A DNA stretch of 64,000 nucleotides. It comes from Rebecca billardiae RCC1528. Taxonomy: Eukaryota; Protista; Haptophyta. A program made the translations under genes and the position numbers. The DNA lies in the NCBI GenBank assembly GCA_965240325.2, contig OZ251228.1, positions 744,001-808,000 of the forward strand. Direction: 5' to 3'. The notes beneath the pieces were generated by a model that saw only the letters and a program-made list of their open reading frames with translations, did no database searches and was not told the origin of the DNA. Below, in pieces: positions 57,866 to 64,000 of this stretch (position 1 is its first letter; each line of letters begins with the position of its first letter).

Positions 57866-57920
57866 TGTGACTGCCGCCGAGACGAGGCGAGAACTTATTT
57901 TATTATATATAGATTATAGG

Positions 57921-58177
57921 TCGGCGGGCGGCGACATCGACTACGACCTCACCCTCATCCAAGTGCTCCGGAAGGCGCTCGGCCGCGGCGGCATCTGCCG
58001 TCGCCGCCGCGTGCCCCAGGCCGAGGCGGTGCTCCATCCCGGCCCCGCTCCCGTAGGGGGGCAGGGCTGCGGGTGGCGCACTGTCTGACCTGGACGGAAG
58101 GCGCGGACGCATTCTATGTGTCTGTTGCACTCTGAGCCTGACGCTTGTCCGATGCTGCCACGTCGTTAAATAAATAA

Positions 58178-58222
<45 letters not shown>
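57921..58222 (+). mobile_element. 5'-truncated non-LTR retroelement 3' end with (TAAA)n/(TA)n tail, copy 2
   Basis: Matches 34717-34948 and extends 5' into a coding-like stretch (GGDIDYDLTLIQVLRKALG). Confidence 0.7.
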
Positions 58223-58226
<4 letters not shown>

Positions 58227-58378
58227 TTTATTGGGGCGCCACGCCGCCGTCACGCCGGGCACGCGGCCCGGCGCCGCCGGCCAGTGCCACGCCTGCCACG
58301 GGCTCAACGTCGGGTCAGTCCGAGACGCCGCCACTGGCACTTTGACTTAGCCGCCGCACTCTACTACTCAGACCGAGC

Positions 58379-59647
58379 TCATAACAGCAGTCGGTCGGTA
58401 CTCAGGGCGGGACTGTCACTGTCCGCTGGCGGGATTGGGTGTGGGGCCGGGTCCGCCGGTGCGCCTGGCACCGTGACGGGCACGGTGACGGGTGGTCCAG
58501 TGTCGGGTGGTGGTTCCACTGTTGGCAGCTGCACGGAGGCGGGTTGGGGAGGAGGCATACGCTGCGCAACCTGCCCGCCGCTGCCAGACCCTGCCCCAGA
58601 TCCAGCCGTGACTCGCACGCTCCCAATAGCGAGGCTGGCACTCGGCGCGACCTCGAGCCGCTGGCCAGCTGCCACCCGGCTCGTCGTGTGGAAGGGCTCG
58701 GTGAAGGCCGCCGTGAGCACGCTCACCTTCTTGCTGCCCAGGCCGGGGCAGAGGCTGAGGTCCTCCTCGTCGGCGAGCAGGATGCGGCGCATCGACCCCA
58801 GGTGGGTCGAGAGCGTGAGCACGTCCGCCTTGTTCACGCTCCGGACGGACGTCAGGCACGCGTGCGCGGCGGCCGCGTGGTCGTAGCCGCCGCTCGCCCC
58901 GAAGGCGCGCGCCTGCAGCATGTCAGCTGGCTTGCTCTGGTACGCCTTGAAGGTCTCGAGGTAGCGCGCGGCCTCGAGGGGCGACCACGCGAGCACGACC
59001 GTCGCGCGGTTGGGCAGCAGAGCGCGCGTGAGCTCCACGATCGGCGCCTGGTGGTCGTCGGCGTCGACAAAGACCAGCACGACGCACAGCGTGAACCGCC
59101 CCTGCAGGCCCTCCAGCCGGGACAGGATGTACTTGCGGTGCAGAAGGTGGAAGCGCAGGCTGAGGAAGAGGCACACGGTGGACGGGCCGAGCACGTAGTC
59201 CGCCGCGATCGAGGCGTCGAAGCGCCAGGGCACGTTGCTGATGCACTTGAGCACGGGGTTGCCCTCCTGCCGCCTGCTCACCAAGATCTCCTTGCCGCTC
59301 GATGCTGCCGTGGGCGTGATGGCAGCCGCACCGCCCGCGCCGCTGCCCGCCGCGTCTGGAGGGAGCGACGCGGCAGGCGCCTGGGCCCGCGGGGGCAATG
59401 GCTCGCTACCATACGCCCCACCCGGACCGAAAAGCCGCGTGGCGTCGGCTGGCACGGGCGGAGCCGTGGCCGCCGTGCCGCCATGGCAGGAGTGTCCTTG
59501 CGCGCCGGCATCGGCGCTGCTGACGTCGGCGGCGGCCCTCGGAGTGGGTGTCGACGTCGAAGCCGCGGTCACAGCGCGCCGCTGCGCGAGCAGGTCGATC
59601 TTGGCGGGCTTCGCCTTCAGCTGGTCCCGTGTCGGGATGTTCACCAT
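58379..59647 (-). CDS. ERCC1: DNA excision repair protein ERCC1/Rad10
   Basis: ILVSRRQEGNPVLKCI, ADYVLG...LFLSLRFHLLH, LAWSPLEAARYLETFK; HhH motifs LTSVRSVNKAD and LCPGLGSKK. Confidence 0.96.
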   Translation of the reverse strand: MVNIPTRDQLKAKPAKIDLLAQRRAVTAASTSTPTPRAAADVSSADAGAQGHSCHGGTAATAPPVPADATRLFGPGGAYGSEPLPPRAQAPAASLPPDAAGSGAGGAAAITPTAASSGKEILVSRRQEGNPVLKCISNVPWRFDASIAADYVLGPSTVCLFLSLRFHLLHRKYILSRLEGLQGRFTLCVVLVFVDADDHQAPIVELTRALLPNRATVVLAWSPLEAARYLETFKAYQSKPADMLQARAFGASGGYDHAAAAHACLTSVRSVNKADVLTLSTHLGSMRRILLADEEDLSLCPGLGSKKVSVLTAAFTEPFHTTSRVAAGQRLEVAPSASLAIGSVRVTAGSGAGSGSGGQVAQRMPPPQPASVQLPTVEPPPDTGPPVTVPVTVPGAPADPAPHPIPPADSDSPALSTDRLLL

Positions 59648-59935
59648 CGGCAATCGACGTCGTCGGCAGCGGCGATCGCGTCCGCCGGCAAGGGCTGCTG
59701 GAGTGCTGGCCAGCCCGCGTCCGGCCGGGCGGTGTACAACACTATTGTATACTGGTACTGTACAGTATGTCCATGTCAGTTCGGTACCGGAAGTAGCTAC
59801 CCGATTGTACTACCGACTACCGGATGGTACAGCTAGTAGCTCGCTACCACTGCTACCAGTACATAGCACGCACGACATGTACTAACTAGCTAGTCCGCAA
59901 TTCAGCATTGTGGCCTGCGCCATTACTGTTCATCA

Positions 59936-61457
59936 TCAGTGCTCATCAGTGGAATTGAGCCCGCACCGCATATACTCGTAGCCAAGTGCATCGGACATGC
60001 ACGCGCATGGCCGCGGATCGGAGGGCAAGCCCGTCAACACGACGACCGGCGGCGGGCATGCCAAAATGGGCGCGGGCTGGCTGATGCAGGCCGCTGTGGT
60101 CACGACCACCTCAAGCACTGCGCTCGGGTCATGGCTTCGGTCGTTCCCTGTGAGCTGGAGCGAGTCCAGACCGTCCGCGTGCGCGTTGAGAGCCCACACG
60201 CCGTCCGCAGCGGGGAGCAAGTAGAGGCGCGCTGCGCCTTTGGAGGTGCCGCCCGCACCAAGCCTCGCGGCGGCGCGTGCGAGCGCGTTGCGCGTCGCAT
60301 TCGCGTGCGGCGTACCTGATCGAACTGCTGCTGGCGCCGCCTGCAGCAGTGGCATGCACAGCGTAGCCGCGTCGGCAAACTCCTTGGCCGAGCGGACGAG
60401 GCGGACCGTTCCCAGCGCTAGGGGCGGCATCGACGTCTGATCGAGGCGGCGCGGTGCGAACTGCGAGCCGCCCCTGCGCTGCCCCGTGCGCCCGCTTGGA
60501 CGGTGCTCCGCGTGCCGCCCGCCGCGTCCAGCATGCGCGAGGATGCAAAGATGATTTGCCACACCCTCGACCATGGAACGTGACAGGCGGAGCTTGCCGG
60601 AGTGCACGTCGAGGACTTTGCCGTACGCTCTTTCGGCTTGGTTGCGCGAGAGGACGCGCGAGCGGCCCGCCCGCACGAATTGCCCCGTGCCCCGAGCGGC
60701 GAACCTGTGGGCAATCATGGCGCGCGGAGGCGAGAGCGCGTGCGTGAGCCAGGTGCAGGCGCGTGCTGCGCCCGCCCGCGCTGGGCAGGCAGCGCACGGT
60801 ACCGCGGCGGCGACGCAGAGCGTGAACGCTTCGAGGCATCGCGCGCGCGCACATCCAGCATCCATAGCCGACGCCCTCAGGGCTGACCCTCGCGATCGAG
60901 CGAGTCACCTCGATGAGCGCCTCCTCAGCTTCGCCGTGGACGTACGGCGAGGATCGGGCCGCGGGCGTGCCCGGCAGCCATCGCAGCCGCATGATCGGAA
61001 GGCGTGATTTCTGAGAGAATTGCTCAAGAGGCGTCAGGCTGAAGCCAGGGCAATGCAGTCGGCTGGCGTTGAAGCCCGCCGTGTCCGGCATGCGCATCCG
61101 AAGCGGCAGCGGGTACGTCACGGCCAGCGAGTAGAAGGCCGTGAACTCACGCACATCGAGCACCCCGACGACGCGGGGATCGCCGCCGTACAGCTGCGTC
61201 ACATAAGCAGCCCAAGGCGCCCACGCACGCTCGTCACTCTCTGGCCCCGGCATCGAGCGCACAAACGCGTCCGCGACTGAGCAGTTGCGCACGAGGTGCA
61301 CGACGCCCATGCCGTCAGCTCTGAGCTCGCTGACGCCGGGCTGCAGGTCGATGACGACGGTTGTCGGTGTGTGGTGGGGCCCGATCACCGTGCTGGGACA
61401 CATGAGCGTGATGAGCGCCCAGAGGGCTGCAGATGTTCGCGGCGCGGCTGCGGCCAT
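59936..61457 (-). CDS. Secreted Cys-rich uncharacterised protein ('EG.GYGCW' motif); intron 60705-60852
   Basis: Signal peptide; splicing gives IEVTR...PEGVGYGCWMFAARGTGQFVRAGR; C-terminal GLDSLQL...LEVVV...ACPP...PCAC...C. Confidence 0.65.
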
Positions 61458-61864
61458 CGTGCGACATGCATGAGTTGTTTCTCGCCGTCCCCGTGCGTCC
61501 GGACCCAGGGCAATATATCTGTAACTAAACAGTCGTCATCAGTCGTGTGTGACTGTGACTCGGACTGCATCACTGCACTACGGTCCTGCGCCTCGCGAAC
61601 GAATCATTACTGCATGCCGATCTCGACTGTCACAATTACGTCCTCGTACGTGAACTCACCATCTCTGCCCAGCCGCCTCGTCTGATGACCGTGCCAATGA
61701 CAATATATTATATAATTAGTGAATAGGTCAGCACGCAGGTTGAACCCGTCCGCGCCGCGACCGGCCGGCGCGCGTCCGGCGGCCCGGCCGCGGACCGCGG
61801 TGGGCGCGCTGCTGGCTGGGCGAGCCGCACGTGCCCGTGGTGATTGGCGGCCAGTGCCAGTGGC

Positions 61865-63940
61865 TCAGAAATGGTCGGCGTCGCTCTCTTTCAGACTTGT
61901 GCTGAGAGGGCTCGCGCCCGCGCCCGCGCCCGCGCCCGCGCTCGGGACGAGCGAGCCGCGCGGTTCGCTCGCGCTGTTCATCCAGTCGGAGTCGTCGACG
62001 TCGGCGAACTCCTCAAAGTACTCCTCCCACCTGTTGGGGTCGTACGGCGGCGCGAGCGCCCTGGCCTTGTTGAGCGCCTTCTCCACCTGCGCCCTGCGCA
62101 CGCGCGTCGAGCTCATGCTCGAGCACAGGTCGACGACGGCCGTCTCGGCGCCCTCGGGCGCGAAGGAGTTGTCCGCGTCGGTGCGCAGCGGCGGCACCCA
62201 CGGCGGCGTGGCGCGCGGGTTGCCCGCGGCGCGGTTGGCGATCGCGTCGAGGTCAACGCGGTCGAAGAAGACGTGCGAGCGCACCGCCTCGGGGCCGCCG
62301 CCCTCCGGCGTCGGCGCGCCCAGCCGCGTCTCGTCGTCGAGCACCAGCAGCTTCTTGAGCAGCTCGACCGCGTCCTCCGGCAGCTTGGGCTCGTGCCGCG
62401 TCGGCCAGATCACCTTGCCCGCGATGATGTTGCGCAGGATGTCGACGTCGCTCGCGGAGGGCGGGTAGGCGCACGGCGTGCGCCCGACGAGCAGCTCGAA
62501 GACGAGGCAGCCGAACGACCACCAGTCCGCGGCGAGCCCGTGCCCGCGCTGGTCGCCGCGGCACAGCTCGGGCGCCATGTACTCGAGCGTGCCGATGCGC
62601 GTGCGCGTGCGGCCGCGGCCGCCGCCGCCGACGTGCACGCACGCGCCCCAGTCGGCGAGGCGCGGCCAGCCGGAGCCGTCGATGAGGATGTTCTCCAGCT
62701 TGATGTCACGGTGCGCGATCGCGCGCGAGTGCGCGGCGGAGAGCGCGAGCAGCACCGCGCCCGTGTAGAACGCCGTGTCCGACGGCGGCATCGGCGTGAT
62801 CGCGTCCGCCAGCCGGAAGAGCTCGCCGCCCATGCACGCCTCGGTGATCAGGTAGACGAAGTACTCGTCCGCGGCGACGCCGTGCAGGCGGAGGACGGAG
62901 GGGTGGCCCTCGAGCGCGTACATGCCGTCGCGCTCGCGCTTGAGCCGGCGGATCGCCGCGGACACGCGCTTCGTGTCGCCGCTCGCGGTGAGCATCGCCT
63001 TGGGCACCGCCTTGATCGCGTACAGCATGCGCGTCTTCTCGTGCCGCGCGAGCAGCACGACGCCGAGCGAGCCGCAGCCGAGCGGCCGCAGCATGTCGAC
63101 CTCGCCGAATTTGACGGTGCCGATGGACGGCTCGACGGGGATGCCCGACATGTAGCGCGGCACCGACGGGAACCGCGCGCGCAGCGCGGGCGTCGCGTCC
63201 CGACTCCCCGGCGGGTGGCGGCGCATCCGCGCGGGCGACGCGGCCGTCGAGCCGCCGCCCGCCGCAAAGCTCACGCCCGAGCGCTTGAGCTCCTCGAGCT
63301 CGAGCTCGCGGCGCTGCCTGCGCTGGCGCCGCGCGTTGCGCGGCGACGCGGGCTCGCTCGTCGAGAAGTTCTGCGCCTCCTTCGTCGCCCGGTCCATCAT
63401 CGCGCGCAAGTGCAGCGCGTCCGTGTCGTACGAGCGGTGGCGGCGCCGAGCAGCGCTTCGCTCCTCCGCAAACTCGCCCTCGTCCGGCGGCAGCTTCGCG
63501 GCGCCCGCGCCGAGCGAGCTTTGGGGCGGCGCGTGCGAGGAGGACGAGGAGCCCTTGGACAACGGCTTGCCCGAGCCCGAGCTCATGTGCGCGAACGCGG
63601 GCATGCTGGGGTGCCGTGACCCCGCCGAGAAGAGCGCACGCTCCGTCTCGCGCGCGGCGCGCTCCGCCTGCACGTCGGCGTCGGCCGCGCTCAGCGCCTG
63701 GCGCAGCTCGGCGAGCTCGTAGCGCAGGCGCACGATCTCTTGTTCTTGGGCCGAGCTCGAACTGTCGGTCGAATCGGCGCGCGCCGTCGGCTTACGGGAC
63801 ATGAGGCGCTTCTCCTCGAGTCTTGGCTTGCCCGGGGCCGTGTCCTCGGGCGTCGAGGGCGTGGCGGGCGAGACAGCGGGTGACGAGCGCCGCTGTGGCG
63901 AGACGCTGCGGGGCGCGGGGCGCACGGAGAGCTTATGCAT
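61865..63940 (-). CDS. AGC-family (PKA/PKG-like) Ser/Thr kinase with N-terminal coiled coil
   Basis: LGCGSLGVV, YAIK, GGELF, HRDIKLENILID, LADWG, GTLEYMAPE, ADWWSFG, VRSHVFF, PPWVP...D..SF. Confidence 0.93.
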   Translation of the reverse strand: MHKLSVRPAPRSVSPQRRSSPAVSPATPSTPEDTAPGKPRLEEKRLMSRKPTARADSTDSSSSAQEQEIVRLRYELAELRQALSAADADVQAERAARETERALFSAGSRHPSMPAFAHMSSGSGKPLSKGSSSSSHAPPQSSLGAGAAKLPPDEGEFAEERSAARRRHRSYDTDALHLRAMMDRATKEAQNFSTSEPASPRNARRQRRQRRELELEELKRSGVSFAAGGGSTAASPARMRRHPPGSRDATPALRARFPSVPRYMSGIPVEPSIGTVKFGEVDMLRPLGCGSLGVVLLARHEKTRMLYAIKAVPKAMLTASGDTKRVSAAIRRLKRERDGMYALEGHPSVLRLHGVAADEYFVYLITEACMGGELFRLADAITPMPPSDTAFYTGAVLLALSAAHSRAIAHRDIKLENILIDGSGWPRLADWGACVHVGGGGRGRTRTRIGTLEYMAPELCRGDQRGHGLAADWWSFGCLVFELLVGRTPCAYPPSASDVDILRNIIAGKVIWPTRHEPKLPEDAVELLKKLLVLDDETRLGAPTPEGGGPEAVRSHVFFDRVDLDAIANRAAGNPRATPPWVPPLRTDADNSFAPEGAETAVVDLCSSMSSTRVRRAQVEKALNKARALAPPYDPNRWEEYFEEFADVDDSDWMNSASEPRGSLVPSAGAGAGAGASPLSTSLKESDADHF

Positions 63941-64000
63941 GCCGGTGATGCGACCGACGATGCTGGAAGCCAGCGAGCGCCGGCGCTCCCCTGGCGACGT

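Overview
A very GC-rich, gene-dense eukaryotic nuclear region. It most likely comes from a haptophyte or similar alga (inferred from GC content, GC-rich introns including a GC-AG intron, and gene repertoire). About 20 host genes are recognisable or plausible: an MDR oxidoreductase, bifunctional RibBA, a GT47 exostosin-like glycosyltransferase, Fused/STK36 kinase, a TTLL tubulin glutamylase, F-box/RCC1 and F-box/Kelch proteins, a four-Cx9C CHCH protein, RPA2, a stand-alone ferric-reductase heme domain, a GNAT, a sulfotransferase-like protein, KIF6-like kinesin-9, a DxD glycosyltransferase-like protein, GPD1, ERCC1, an AGC kinase, a frameshifted TupA-like ATP-grasp gene and several unknowns. Many lie in tight head-to-head pairs. 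The introns lack polypyrimidine tracts and most have mutually complementary ends (GTGCGC... / ...GCGCAG). Intergenic DNA carries many non-autonomous mobile elements: a 1.1-kb foldback element (398-bp TIRs, 7-bp TSD), a 3.5-kb CAC-terminated element with a decayed Gly/Ala-repeat gene, two more CAC-type ends with decayed ORFs, four MITE-type families, and two dispersed retroposon-like 3' ends. No intact transposase, rRNA, tRNA or CRISPR array was seen. All calls are by eye, without database searches.
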